From the IMG/VR virus record IMGVR_UViG_3300045539_000150, positions 1 through 54,705 of that record: a DNA stretch of 54,705 nucleotides. One strand, 5' to 3'. Numbering within the stretch: the stretch's first letter is position 1; each line of letters opens with the position of its first letter. The notes under the pieces are model-generated. The model did no database searches, was not told the origin of the DNA, and worked only from the letters and a program-made list of their open reading frames with translations. This document shows, piece by piece, positions 19,639 to 29,765 of this stretch. The position numbers and the translations under genes were made by a program. The stretch comes from a virus (taxonomy: Duplodnaviria > Caudoviricetes).

Positions 19639-21570
19639 TTATCTTATAATTTCAAGTTCGAATGTCTTGTTTATTTGGTCTACACAAATTAATTCAACAT
19701 ATGGTTTTGTACTTAAGATATTTGCAGCATTTAAAACTGCCTTTAATACCCATCCATTTTGTTTATCCGTGTAAATATTAATTTTATTTGTTCCTATAGT
19801 AGGCAACTCATTTTTAAAAGAAAACTTAACAGTTTGTCCTTTTTTCCAAGGGTTGATACTATCATCTAGGTATATATTTAAATCTCCAGATAACGTTCCC
19901 GCATCCGCATAAATTCTTACTAAATTATCATAAGGTCTAACCCTTGTTAATAATCCAGCAGAAGCGGTCAGTGTCATATTAAATAAATTACTTCCATCTA
20001 TTAAAGTTCCAGTAGTATTAGATATAAAATCATATTCGAAAACTTCATTTAATGTATATCCATAATTAGTGTTAACTAATTTAATATAATCTGGATTTGA
20101 TTTATCAATTGTCATTCCATCTCCACCTGCTAAAACATCAGTATTATACTGTACTTCGCTAGGGATTTGTCCACTAATAACCTGGTTTAATCTGGTATTG
20201 ACAGACGTAATCATATCTAAAATAGATGTTGATTCTGCATAATTTAGTGCGGCATCCTCTAGGGATTTCTCAAGGTCTTGCACTCTAGCCAATAAATTGG
20301 TAGCAGTATTTGAAGTCATTAATAAATCTTCAACATTTGCCAATCTATCAACGATACTTGCATATCTTGCATTTGCCTGAACCATTAATCTTGCTGCATT
20401 TTCAAGTGCAGTAGTTGTGTCCAAGAAAATATCCATAGAAAACGTAGCATAATCATTAATATTCGCCTCTACTCCTACATTATCTAATGATGAATTAAAT
20501 TTAACATTTAACTTTAAAGCAAACGCATTTCCATTTAATCCAGTTACATCGTTTGGTTTATATTTTGTTAATTCTGGAATATACCATCCCTGTGAAAGTG
20601 AGTCATCTTTAAAATTATCTAAAATAATTATACCATATAAATTAGTAGATTTATTTACAATATTTGATTTTGAATATACATCATAATAAACAAGTATTGC
20701 GTTAAATCTAAAATCTCCACCTCTCTTAGAATAATCTAAGAAATTATTTAATGTAGGGTCATTTGCTATTTTAGCGTATAGTGGTGCATTCCATTCAATA
20801 CCATAATTATATAAATTAAGAGGATTTAAATCTATTTCACCATTTACATTATCCGCAAGCGAATCTAATGTAATATTAATATCTGGGTGTGTTTGTCCTG
20901 CTCTACCATTTATTTTAGTATCTGGTGAATATGCAGTTGCAGTAGTATTATAATTAGATGATTTAAATAAAACTTCAGGAGTATAACCAACCGAAGATGG
21001 AACATTTACAAATATTTCATTGTAAGTATTTCCCTGATAATTTTTGTCATTAGACACGTCAATGTTTCCAAGGTACTTTACTACTCTACTATAGTTATTT
21101 CCAGTATTCGTAGTATCTTCACTCTCGATTGCTCTTGAATATCCAGACACTACCTGTTGTGTATTTGCGTTTATAACTTCAAATGCACCAATATGATGTA
21201 ACCACTTAAAGAAAACTTTCTCTGCATCGGATGCATATATTGAAGGATCAAAATCGTCATCAGTTAAAATGAAGTTTTCAAAGTTCAATGCATAATTTTG
21301 TAATGTTTCTGCAAAACTAACGTTTGCATCTGCATTTGGAAGATATGAGGATGCAGAAGGTGCTCCTCCTTCAAATAACTTTTCGAATTGGATATAATTT
21401 TCACCATTTCCTGGAGTAGCAACTACTGGAATATCTAATAGAGCAAACTTAGAATATTCAAAATTGATATCTGGGTTATAATATGCTCGTGTTAAATCCC
21501 TTGCTGCACTTGAAAATGCATACATAGTTCCTCCTTGCTCTTGAGGTATTCTTATTAACGGTGATGCCAT
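19639..21570 (-). CDS. Putative virion structural protein (643 aa)
   Basis: Central coiled coil; translationally coupled in the baseplate operon. Confidence 0.55.
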   Translation of the reverse strand: MASPLIRIPQEQGGTMYAFSSAARDLTRAYYNPDINFEYSKFALLDIPVVATPGNGENYIQFEKLFEGGAPSASSYLPNADANVSFAETLQNYALNFENFILTDDDFDPSIYASDAEKVFFKWLHHIGAFEVINANTQQVVSGYSRAIESEDTTNTGNNYSRVVKYLGNIDVSNDKNYQGNTYNEIFVNVPSSVGYTPEVLFKSSNYNTTATAYSPDTKINGRAGQTHPDINITLDSLADNVNGEIDLNPLNLYNYGIEWNAPLYAKIANDPTLNNFLDYSKRGGDFRFNAILVYYDVYSKSNIVNKSTNLYGIIILDNFKDDSLSQGWYIPELTKYKPNDVTGLNGNAFALKLNVKFNSSLDNVGVEANINDYATFSMDIFLDTTTALENAARLMVQANARYASIVDRLANVEDLLMTSNTATNLLARVQDLEKSLEDAALNYAESTSILDMITSVNTRLNQVISGQIPSEVQYNTDVLAGGDGMTIDKSNPDYIKLVNTNYGYTLNEVFEYDFISNTTGTLIDGSNLFNMTLTASAGLLTRVRPYDNLVRIYADAGTLSGDLNIYLDDSINPWKKGQTVKFSFKNELPTIGTNKINIYTDKQNGWVLKAVLNAANILSTKPYVELICVDQINKTFELEIIR

Positions 21571-21590
21571 TTAGGTGTTTTTATATTTTA

Positions 21591-22160
21591 TTAATATATC
21601 AAGTTAGTATTCGCTGATGAAACTACATAGAATAATGAATTTGTTACTGAGTATCTAAAGGTAATTGAACCATTATCTGCTAACTCAACTGTAGTTGCGC
21701 CTGCGATATTAGTAACATCGAAAATAATTAAACCACCATCTGCGATAAATGTAAGTTCCTGTCCATCTTCTGCTATTGGTAAAAGAATTGGAGAAGTAAA
21801 TATTGCATTCGTTGCATCTAATATATATGTCGAAGCAGTATATCCAGTAGTAGGAATATTAATAACTCCAGCTTCTATATTTAAAATTAACGCATTTTCT
21901 AAAGTTACCTTTTGATTAAATGTTGCTGCAACTTCTGCTATAATATTAGTAGAAGTAACCTTAAATGTATCGATTAGACCATTATTGATTCTTAATGTTC
22001 CACCTTTAATCTCACCTGTTAGAGATAATGTTTGTGTTGTTGTATTTAACAATGCGGCAATTGTACCAAGTTCGGTATTTAATGCGTTAAAATTATTGTT
22101 AATTACAATTCTTGACGAAGAAACACTGTCTGTTCCTAAAATTGTTGTTATACTTGCCAT
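21591..22160 (-). CDS. Putative baseplate-anchored short fibre/adaptor protein
   Basis: DSVSSSRIVINNNFNAL resembles the T4 gp9/gp10-type N-terminal (K)INxNF motif shared with the two fibres. Confidence 0.5.
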   Translation of the reverse strand: MASITTILGTDSVSSSRIVINNNFNALNTELGTIAALLNTTTQTLSLTGEIKGGTLRINNGLIDTFKVTSTNIIAEVAATFNQKVTLENALILNIEAGVINIPTTGYTASTYILDATNAIFTSPILLPIAEDGQELTFIADGGLIIFDVTNIAGATTVELADNGSITFRYSVTNSLFYVVSSANTNLIY

Positions 22161-22161
22161 T

Positions 22162-25029
22162 TTAAATGATTTTTAATATATTTTTATTTATTTTGTTTTT
22201 ATTTCCATTGATATCTGTTAATTCAAGCTCAACTGTATAATCTCCTTTGTGTTTGAATAGGTATGTTAGCCACGTATTACTATAATATATATCATCAATA
22301 TTTTGACTATTATTTTTTAGCGTCCATTTTTGAGATATTATACCTGGCATGTTGGTCGTATCATACGAAAACGTAACATGGTTTAACATATTTACTTCCA
22401 TATGCGAATCTATTATACATATATCATTAAAATCAGGGTTATAACTGCTAAAGTGTACTTCAGAATCTGTAACTATAACTCCTCCTAATGGATTATTAAA
22501 TCCAACTTCAGAAAAATCATGAGTTCTTGAAGGTTCTTCTCCTACAATCAATATATAATTACACACATCTTCTATTCCATCACCATCATTATCTTTAAGA
22601 ATTGGATTGAAATTAAATTTTGAAAATAATGGATGCGCTATAGCATTTAATCCAGATAATTCATTTGCAATTGCAATCCACGCTGATAAATCAGTATTAT
22701 TTGTAGGATATGGCGATGTAATTTCATAAGAATCTGTTATCTCTATATTTGTAACAGGATCCATTTGTTTAATATATAACTTAAATCCATTTACATAACC
22801 TGCATTGTTTCTAAGATCTATTTTAAATGATGAATTAATATCTGGGCCAACTCGCATCATGTCCCAATTTAATTCTGAACCATCATTCCAAACTTGCGTT
22901 CTTAATTCTTTCCATTGGTATGGACCTGGAGTTTCATTATATCCGGTTGGTGTACTACTATCTAAATATCTTCTAACTGTTGAGAATTCCTCTCCGTCAT
23001 CTCCATCATGCACATAATTAGCTCTATCTAATGTCAAATAATACGTTGCAATTATGCTATCAACATCTGCTGTATTTTCTCTAGCCCAATCCCAATCACT
23101 TCCTACTTCTTTCCAATCATATTTGTATTGGTTCCAGTTTAATTGTGGAAGCATTCTTTGGAATAATCCATAAACTTCTACATTTTTATTTTTAACTTCA
23201 AAATAATTTGCTTCTCTCCATGAACTTCTAACATTATATAAATCATATATTGCAAGTTCTACTGAATAACTTCCTGCAAATGGTAAAACAACTGGAAATT
23301 GTTGGTAACCTGGGTGAAATACACCGGCGCCATCCCAATATCCAACATTTCCCTTAAATGTTTTTAAATATCCATTAGGTCCACTTATGGTCCATTCTAA
23401 TTCATAAATTCCTTGTCTCCACCAATTGTCCCATGTTATCAAATCGTATGGTTCATTTGCCTTTAAAAAATCATAGTAGTTTAATAATGGATTTCCAGAA
23501 GGATGTGGTGGAAAATCATTATAAAAATTATATCCAACTGCTCCGCCTACATATTGTTTACCACCATCCATCCATGTGAATTCGGCTGAATCCCATGTGT
23601 CAATAAATGAATCTGCATTTAATACAACAGGGCAACCTACAGGTATACCCACTAACGTATTAAAGGTTGACATGTCATTATCATAATATGTCGTGTAATA
23701 ATCAATAATGGACTGAGTAATATCTTCTCGATCGGACTCACTTAATGCATTAAAGTTTTGATTTATTCCAGTAAGTCTATAATCTACCTTTCTAAGATCT
23801 TCAATAAACAATTGTCTTTTCTCAGGAAATCTATTAAATGAAACGTTAGAACCAGCAGTTTGTACTTTAATTGAATGTTGATTGTTCCAAACATTTTGAT
23901 TAAATTGAGAGAAGTAATCTCCCTCTCCTGTAATATCTACAATTTTAGCCTGTAATGGTAAAAAATCTTTTTGTAGTTTATTCTTTAATCCATATAATTT
24001 AATTAATACCTCATCTGGAGAATAATCCAAAGATTCCTGTACTGTTGGGATATCCCATTCATCTACATTTCCATCTGCCTCATTTAATCTATAAACTAAT
24101 GAAAATCTACTCGTCTTTTTTAAATTAGAACTTGGTAATTCATTTCCTCTATTTTTATCTGCTAAAAATCCAACGGTATCTTGATTTGGAACTGCAACTG
24201 CCTTTAATTTCCCAAAGTTTTCAGATTGCTCATTGATATTTAACCAATATTCCTTTAATGTTATTTTATCGTAACCGAAAAAGTCAATAGCATTTAAAAG
24301 AGCTTTATATGTTCCAACAAATGGTTTGATTTGGCTTGCTTGTAAAAGTAATTCCTTTCTCTTTTGATTCATAAGAATCCAATCAGGTGCTAACTCCTTA
24401 ATGTCAGAATCTCTAAGTACTAAATAGTCTTCTGGGCTAAGTGTCATTCCAATATTAGATAATAAAACAGATAATCTCTCATCTTCCTCTTCAGTCTCAC
24501 CATAAATTCTAATAGTAGCAATTAAAGTTTCATTGCCATTTGCATCTATTTCAGTAATGTCTAAAAGACGAGTATGGAAATTATCAACATTGCTAGTTAG
24601 GGCCACATTACATTTAAGTGGAGCCATTTTAATATTTGCACCAATTGTTTTAAATCCACTAGGGGTTAAACCAATAGAAGTACTTGAATCTAATAAATCA
24701 AAGATAACCTCATCCTTTTTTTGAATTTCAAGTCTTCCATTTACATTAATAGCGTCATACATAAATATGTCTTCACTATATTCGTATCCACTAAAAAATT
24801 TAAATTTAAATTTACTTACACCTGCATTCTCAGAAATCGGTGTAATATATTTTGTATTTCCAAGAGGTCCATTAACCTCCTCTAAAATATAAATAGTAAG
24901 AGTCTCATATAGACCAGTTGAAACTTTAGGCAAATAACAAATACCTTCCCACAATTCATCATCTGAATTATAAAGAAGGTTTAAATCATTCGACTCACTA
25001 TCAAAGAATCTTAATTTATTATATGCCAT
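22162..25029 (-). CDS. Baseplate wedge protein (gp7-like) with PKD-like domains
   Basis: GTYKALLNAIDFFGY wedge motif; FAGSYSVELAIYD and GDYTVELELTDINGN PKD-like strands; follows gp6. Confidence 0.6.
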   Translation of the reverse strand: MAYNKLRFFDSESNDLNLLYNSDDELWEGICYLPKVSTGLYETLTIYILEEVNGPLGNTKYITPISENAGVSKFKFKFFSGYEYSEDIFMYDAINVNGRLEIQKKDEVIFDLLDSSTSIGLTPSGFKTIGANIKMAPLKCNVALTSNVDNFHTRLLDITEIDANGNETLIATIRIYGETEEEDERLSVLLSNIGMTLSPEDYLVLRDSDIKELAPDWILMNQKRKELLLQASQIKPFVGTYKALLNAIDFFGYDKITLKEYWLNINEQSENFGKLKAVAVPNQDTVGFLADKNRGNELPSSNLKKTSRFSLVYRLNEADGNVDEWDIPTVQESLDYSPDEVLIKLYGLKNKLQKDFLPLQAKIVDITGEGDYFSQFNQNVWNNQHSIKVQTAGSNVSFNRFPEKRQLFIEDLRKVDYRLTGINQNFNALSESDREDITQSIIDYYTTYYDNDMSTFNTLVGIPVGCPVVLNADSFIDTWDSAEFTWMDGGKQYVGGAVGYNFYNDFPPHPSGNPLLNYYDFLKANEPYDLITWDNWWRQGIYELEWTISGPNGYLKTFKGNVGYWDGAGVFHPGYQQFPVVLPFAGSYSVELAIYDLYNVRSSWREANYFEVKNKNVEVYGLFQRMLPQLNWNQYKYDWKEVGSDWDWARENTADVDSIIATYYLTLDRANYVHDGDDGEEFSTVRRYLDSSTPTGYNETPGPYQWKELRTQVWNDGSELNWDMMRVGPDINSSFKIDLRNNAGYVNGFKLYIKQMDPVTNIEITDSYEITSPYPTNNTDLSAWIAIANELSGLNAIAHPLFSKFNFNPILKDNDGDGIEDVCNYILIVGEEPSRTHDFSEVGFNNPLGGVIVTDSEVHFSSYNPDFNDICIIDSHMEVNMLNHVTFSYDTTNMPGIISQKWTLKNNSQNIDDIYYSNTWLTYLFKHKGDYTVELELTDINGNKNKINKNILKII

Positions 25030-25031
25030 TA

Positions 25032-25301
25032 TTATCTAACTTTTTTATCTCCCTTTTTAAGGGTAAATGATTTATATGATTTTAAGTATGTAACAGAATC
25101 TACCCAATCTGCAATAACATGTTGAATCATAATAATAAAATCATTCATAGTATCATTCCTCTGTATGTACTTTGAAATAGAATTTGATAGGATATTAATT
25201 CTATAGTTATTTCCTATGTGTTTTCTATCGTCCATTGCAGATAATTTAATATCGTACGTTTTTAATTTTCGTACCTTAAATAAATTACTTAATATATCCA
25301 T
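25032..25301 (-). CDS. Hypothetical baseplate-region protein (89 aa)
   Basis: Coupled ORF between gp6-like and gp7-like genes. Confidence 0.6.
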   Translation of the reverse strand: MDILSNLFKVRKLKTYDIKLSAMDDRKHIGNNYRINILSNSISKYIQRNDTMNDFIIMIQHVIADWVDSVTYLKSYKSFTLKKGDKKVR

Positions 25302-27121
25302 TATAATGCTTTTCTATTTTGTGCTTGCATCTTACTAAAAATAGTATTTGGCGATGCAGGTTCATCGAAGTAAACTGACAGTGCTGCCATTTCACCAATT
25401 TTAACATCATCAGGTACCATAATATCTGCTCTATCTTTCCATCCTCCTCTAAATAATGCAACTTCTTCCTTCTCTAAAATAATATCTCCAAATGAATCAA
25501 GGTTTATTACATTTTCTGGAAGAGGTGCACCTGGTTCAAAGTTAATTTTTTGCTCAGTTACTGTTCTCTTAAAGAAAACATATTTTGATTTCCCATTTCC
25601 AATATCCTCAAGCACTGGTGTACTTGGAGTTACAGTTGTTGTCTTTGAAATATAGTAACCATTTCTTCTTGCAGTTTCCTCTTTCTCAGAAACAAATCTA
25701 ATATTTACAGAATCAATACCTTCAATACCTTCTAGTATTGCAATAATATCTGATTTTGGTAATCTATCTCTTCTTGTTATATTAATTAGGTATTCTGAAA
25801 TTTTTGAACGAATTAATGTATATAAATTTGTTTTGTCATATCCTTCAAAATATCTAGCTTTAATATCCATTCTAAAATATTGAGCTTGTGGTTGAACTAT
25901 TTTTACTTCAGTAGTAACCATTTGCTGTCCAGAATTTTCAAGTACACTTAAGATTCCATTTGTTTCATCTTCAGAAAAGAAAAACTCTTCTTGATTAAGA
26001 TTAAAATAATCATTATTTTTGGAAAGCTTTCTTGCAGTGTCAGGTAACATAAATAAGTATATCACATTGTCATCATCAATATAACCATCGTCTGTTGTAT
26101 TATATGCATCTAAATATGAAAACATACCATATCTAGATAGAAACGATTCATAGTTTGATGGTGTTGCCAATACAAATGAATGACTTTGTAGAGGTGCAAT
26201 TAATTTAGTTAATTCCACCGATTCTGGATCTGAACCCATAGATGGTGCTGTTGTAAATGAAGATTCCAATAATTTATTTAAATTATAGGTATTTCCTAAA
26301 GAATCAAATCCTTCCGTTTGAAATTTAAAATTAAGATCCTTAGAACCTGTTAAATTTCCTTTAACTCCATCTGTTATTAGATATTCAATACCGATAGAAG
26401 CTCCTTCACTTGGTATTAATCCAAATGAACCATTTCCAAAATAAAGATCTAATCCTCCTGTAATTCCGGTTTTTACTAAATATCCTTTAGTTCCAACCTT
26501 CATATCATATAATGAATCGTATTTTGTCCAAGGTTCTCCATTAACACTAACCTTTATTGAATGGTGATCTGTATTCTTTTTAATAATAACATTAAATGAT
26601 TGCAATTTTTCACCAGTACCTGTAAGTATTTGACTTTCTATTTTTCCTTGAATAACTGGAATATAAATATATTCTGGATTACTTTTTTCAATTCTAAATT
26701 GATCGTTATTTGTTTTTAAGATATATTGTAAACCATTCTTGTTTGCCTTAATCAATGTATTTGCTGGAATATTAATAGCATCTCCCGCAATTTCATTAAA
26801 TGCACTTGTATTTAATCTAATTTTAATTTCACCAATTGATGAACTTCCTCTAAATGCATCATGACCTGCAAGTCTTGCAAGTCCATATATAGATTCAGCA
26901 TGCTGTGCTGTTAATATATTTTGTTCAACTACAGCATCTTCTATATAGAAAAAAACTAAGTTTGTTAGTTCTGTTAATACCTCTAGTATTTGTGCAAATG
27001 GAGAGGCAGTTGTAAATAATTCACCTGTTCTACCATATAATCTACTAATATATGTTCTAGTGTCTGTCAACATTTCGGTAGTTTTAATCCTAGCCGCCGA
27101 TAAAAATTTTAATTCTGCCAT
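25301..27121 (-). CDS. gp6: Baseplate wedge subunit, T4 gp6-like
   Basis: EQNILTAQHAESIYGLARLAG, LYFGNGSFGLIP, IEYLITDGVKGN, GSDPESVE; directly downstream of gp25. Confidence 0.88.
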   Translation of the reverse strand: MAELKFLSAARIKTTEMLTDTRTYISRLYGRTGELFTTASPFAQILEVLTELTNLVFFYIEDAVVEQNILTAQHAESIYGLARLAGHDAFRGSSSIGEIKIRLNTSAFNEIAGDAINIPANTLIKANKNGLQYILKTNNDQFRIEKSNPEYIYIPVIQGKIESQILTGTGEKLQSFNVIIKKNTDHHSIKVSVNGEPWTKYDSLYDMKVGTKGYLVKTGITGGLDLYFGNGSFGLIPSEGASIGIEYLITDGVKGNLTGSKDLNFKFQTEGFDSLGNTYNLNKLLESSFTTAPSMGSDPESVELTKLIAPLQSHSFVLATPSNYESFLSRYGMFSYLDAYNTTDDGYIDDDNVIYLFMLPDTARKLSKNNDYFNLNQEEFFFSEDETNGILSVLENSGQQMVTTEVKIVQPQAQYFRMDIKARYFEGYDKTNLYTLIRSKISEYLINITRRDRLPKSDIIAILEGIEGIDSVNIRFVSEKEETARRNGYYISKTTTVTPSTPVLEDIGNGKSKYVFFKRTVTEQKINFEPGAPLPENVINLDSFGDIILEKEEVALFRGGWKDRADIMVPDDVKIGEMAALSVYFDEPASPNTIFSKMQAQNRKAL

Positions 27122-27133
27122 CTTTTTTATATT

Positions 27134-27487
27134 TTATACATACAATCCTATACCGTATTTGTTATCAACTACGATATCTATATAAACTGCATTTCTTTCA
27201 GATTCTGTCGTATATTCTACATTAACATCAACTGGATATTTTTTTGATAATGGAATATATTGTGATATTGCATTAGAAACTACTCCCTTTAACATATCAT
27301 CATTATACATAAATGAATATACATAATCCTCAAGGTTTAATCCAAAATCAGGTACACCCATAACATCTCCTTTAGCTGTAAAAATTAAAGTTTCTATTTG
27401 TGTTAATAATAATTGGATATCCTCATCGACTTGCATCTGATCGTATCTGAAATTAGGATCTCCTATTGTCTTTATATATAGTTCCAT
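27134..27487 (-). CDS. gp25: Baseplate wedge subunit, gp25-like
   Basis: LIFTAKGDVMGVPDFGLNLEDY...AISQYIP; 117 aa. Confidence 0.88.
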   Translation of the reverse strand: MELYIKTIGDPNFRYDQMQVDEDIQLLLTQIETLIFTAKGDVMGVPDFGLNLEDYVYSFMYNDDMLKGVVSNAISQYIPLSKKYPVDVNVEYTTESERNAVYIDIVVDNKYGIGLYV

Positions 27488-27503
27488 AGTATTATATATT
27501 TGT

Positions 27504-28331
27504 TTAAGAATGCATCATCCAATCAGTACCTTCATCGGTCTTAATTTCTTCAACAACCTTTTCTAACTCTTCTTCTCCAAGACCTTTAATGGCATCGGCA
27601 TTTACTTCAATATTTCCAGGAAGTGCAAATCCAAATATAGATAATTTTTGTCCTAATGAAATTTTAATCTTTGCTGCGCAATATCTGAAAAATGCTTCAT
27701 CGCCAAAGAGTGCACATTCTGGAATTGTTTCATATACTTCTAATATGATATCTCTCTTTGGAGTTTCTCCAGTAAATTTTAACTCATGTGTTAATTGGTT
27801 ATAATGATAACTTATTGGGTTTTGAATAATTTGTCTTGCCAAATCATAAAAACTTTCGTTAATAACATAAGCTTGTAAGTTTTCTGCAGCCGCCGCATTA
27901 TTTGAACCACCATACATTCCACCCATTAATATTCTCTCTACTGAGAAATCTCCTTGTGTAAAGTTAATGTCCATTGAACCACCCCAGTTTGAACCTGTTT
28001 CAAAACAACCATAAACTGAATAAATTTCATTTCCTCCAGTAATAGGGCTCTGTCCCGGTAATGTAAAAGATCTCTTATTTTTAAATTGTTGAGAAGAAAA
28101 TAATGTAATGGGTAATACCATAAAATTCTCTTTAACCGAGTACTCATAGTTTTTATAAAACCATTTCTTTGCGTTCTTTACTATATTTTGTACTTCGGAT
28201 TTTGGAAGACTCATTGGAATCATACATGAACCGGTAACATCATTTGCTAAATCGTTTACAAATGTATTAAAACAATCTGTTGCCCATATTGGATCTTGTA
28301 ATAAATTGTCATCTCCTATAATTCTACTCAT
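27504..28331 (-). CDS. gp13: Neck protein, T4 gp13-like
   Basis: C-terminal FFRYCAAKIKISLGQKLSIFGFALPGNIEVNADAIKGLGEEELEKVVEEI matches the gp13 LPGGV(T)xN/DG pattern. Confidence 0.8.
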   Translation of the reverse strand: MSRIIGDDNLLQDPIWATDCFNTFVNDLANDVTGSCMIPMSLPKSEVQNIVKNAKKWFYKNYEYSVKENFMVLPITLFSSQQFKNKRSFTLPGQSPITGGNEIYSVYGCFETGSNWGGSMDINFTQGDFSVERILMGGMYGGSNNAAAAENLQAYVINESFYDLARQIIQNPISYHYNQLTHELKFTGETPKRDIILEVYETIPECALFGDEAFFRYCAAKIKISLGQKLSIFGFALPGNIEVNADAIKGLGEEELEKVVEEIKTDEGTDWMMHS

Positions 28332-28349
28332 GCTTTTTTATTTTTATTT

Positions 28350-29642
28350 TTATATAAGTTTATATTTAACAATTTCAACATCATTAAATTTTGCTATTTT
28401 TTTATCGTATGTACCTTCTCTAAATATTCCGCCATACATCGTTCCTTTAAATACTCCCATACCATATATATAACAGTCGTTCGCTACACAAGATCCATGG
28501 ACATACGATGAATCTATTTTACTTGATTTAAGTTGTGTTGACGAATAAAAATTACAGTAGTGAATATCAGATCCATGTATATCACATCCATACATATCGC
28601 ATTCGGTAAATTCTCCTCTTAAGAAACATCCAACAAATTCATATCCATGTAAATCTACGCAATACTCTAATCTTCCATCAGATACTTGCACTCTTCCACT
28701 ATCTGAATCATAATTAATATGTCCTTTTGAAAGATCTCCGTGCGTAAATAATTTTATAACTCTTTCTTTAACGCTTGGCCAATAAAGATCTACGATTTTT
28801 GGATTATCTTTTAAATCAACTGTAAATTTTACATTTTGCCAATTATCTTTAATAGTTTTCCAATCTCTTCTTGCATCTATTATTCTTTGATTTTCTGCAA
28901 TAATTTTCTTAAGTTCAATTGCATTTAATTGAGAAAATTCAGTATTTTCAGTAGATTTCCATAGTTGCATTAAGAAGCTATCAACTAAATGTAATATTTT
29001 AGTTGTTTTCTTTTCCCATTCAGCACCACCAATGTATCTAAATTCTAAATAGTTTTTGTGTCTTTTATCAAAATTTATACCATAGTATTTTGAATCGGGA
29101 AATATGAAGTTTTGTTGATTAATATATTTACCATCAAAAAAGTAAGTGTCCTCTTTAGGTAATACAAATTTTATGGATTTGGCATACGCTGAGAATTCTC
29201 TCTTTGGAAACAGTTTAAAAACCTGTTCCTCATTAAAATCTAGAATGAATTTAAGAGTATTCATCTTTGCGATTCTATATTTATTATCTATCTTAGATTT
29301 ATCAAATGAGAGATTCAGGTGAATCGAGGAACGGTCATTTGTATATCCATTCTCTTCAATCCACTGGCATACTTTAATTATCATTAAACGTGCAGCAAAA
29401 TATGGAAGAGCCCCTGTTACAAGTTCAAGAAGTTTAGCGCCTCCTGACATATCGGGTTCTATTTTAAACTCATCGCCAGTTACCACAAAATCACTATGCG
29501 ATTTCTCTTCTAAATGAATTTTCTTTCCTAATAGCTTAGCTAATTTATCAGTGGTTTCCTGTGGAGATAAATTTGAATAAAATTCAAATTCAACACCTAC
29601 TAGGGCATTTTGCAAAATAGTTGCATCATTAATGTTATTCAT
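28350..29642 (-). CDS. Putative amidoligase (COOH-NH2 ligase type 2) with C-terminal beta-helix repeats
   Basis: GVEFEF, ELVTG, SSIHLNLS, KYYGINF, LEFR motifs; pentapeptide-like C-terminus. Confidence 0.8.
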   Translation of the reverse strand: MNNINDATILQNALVGVEFEFYSNLSPQETTDKLAKLLGKKIHLEEKSHSDFVVTGDEFKIEPDMSGGAKLLELVTGALPYFAARLMIIKVCQWIEENGYTNDRSSIHLNLSFDKSKIDNKYRIAKMNTLKFILDFNEEQVFKLFPKREFSAYAKSIKFVLPKEDTYFFDGKYINQQNFIFPDSKYYGINFDKRHKNYLEFRYIGGAEWEKKTTKILHLVDSFLMQLWKSTENTEFSQLNAIELKKIIAENQRIIDARRDWKTIKDNWQNVKFTVDLKDNPKIVDLYWPSVKERVIKLFTHGDLSKGHINYDSDSGRVQVSDGRLEYCVDLHGYEFVGCFLRGEFTECDMYGCDIHGSDIHYCNFYSSTQLKSSKIDSSYVHGSCVANDCYIYGMGVFKGTMYGGIFREGTYDKKIAKFNDVEIVKYKLI

Positions 29643-29683
29643 TACTATATAGATATATTACTTAAGTTAGGTTATATATCTTA

Positions 29684-29765
29684 GTTTTAATTATAATGTA
29701 AATATAAACAAAAAAACCCAGATTAAAAAATCTGGGTTGTTAAATTTATGTTAAAGTTATTAACA
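29684..29765 (-). repeat. Stem-loop/promoter cassette, copy 1 (diverged stem); also the likely terminator of the bS1 gene
   Basis: Shares both flanks with copies 2 and 3; stem AACCCAGATT/AATCTGGGTT followed by a T-tract. Confidence 0.8.
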
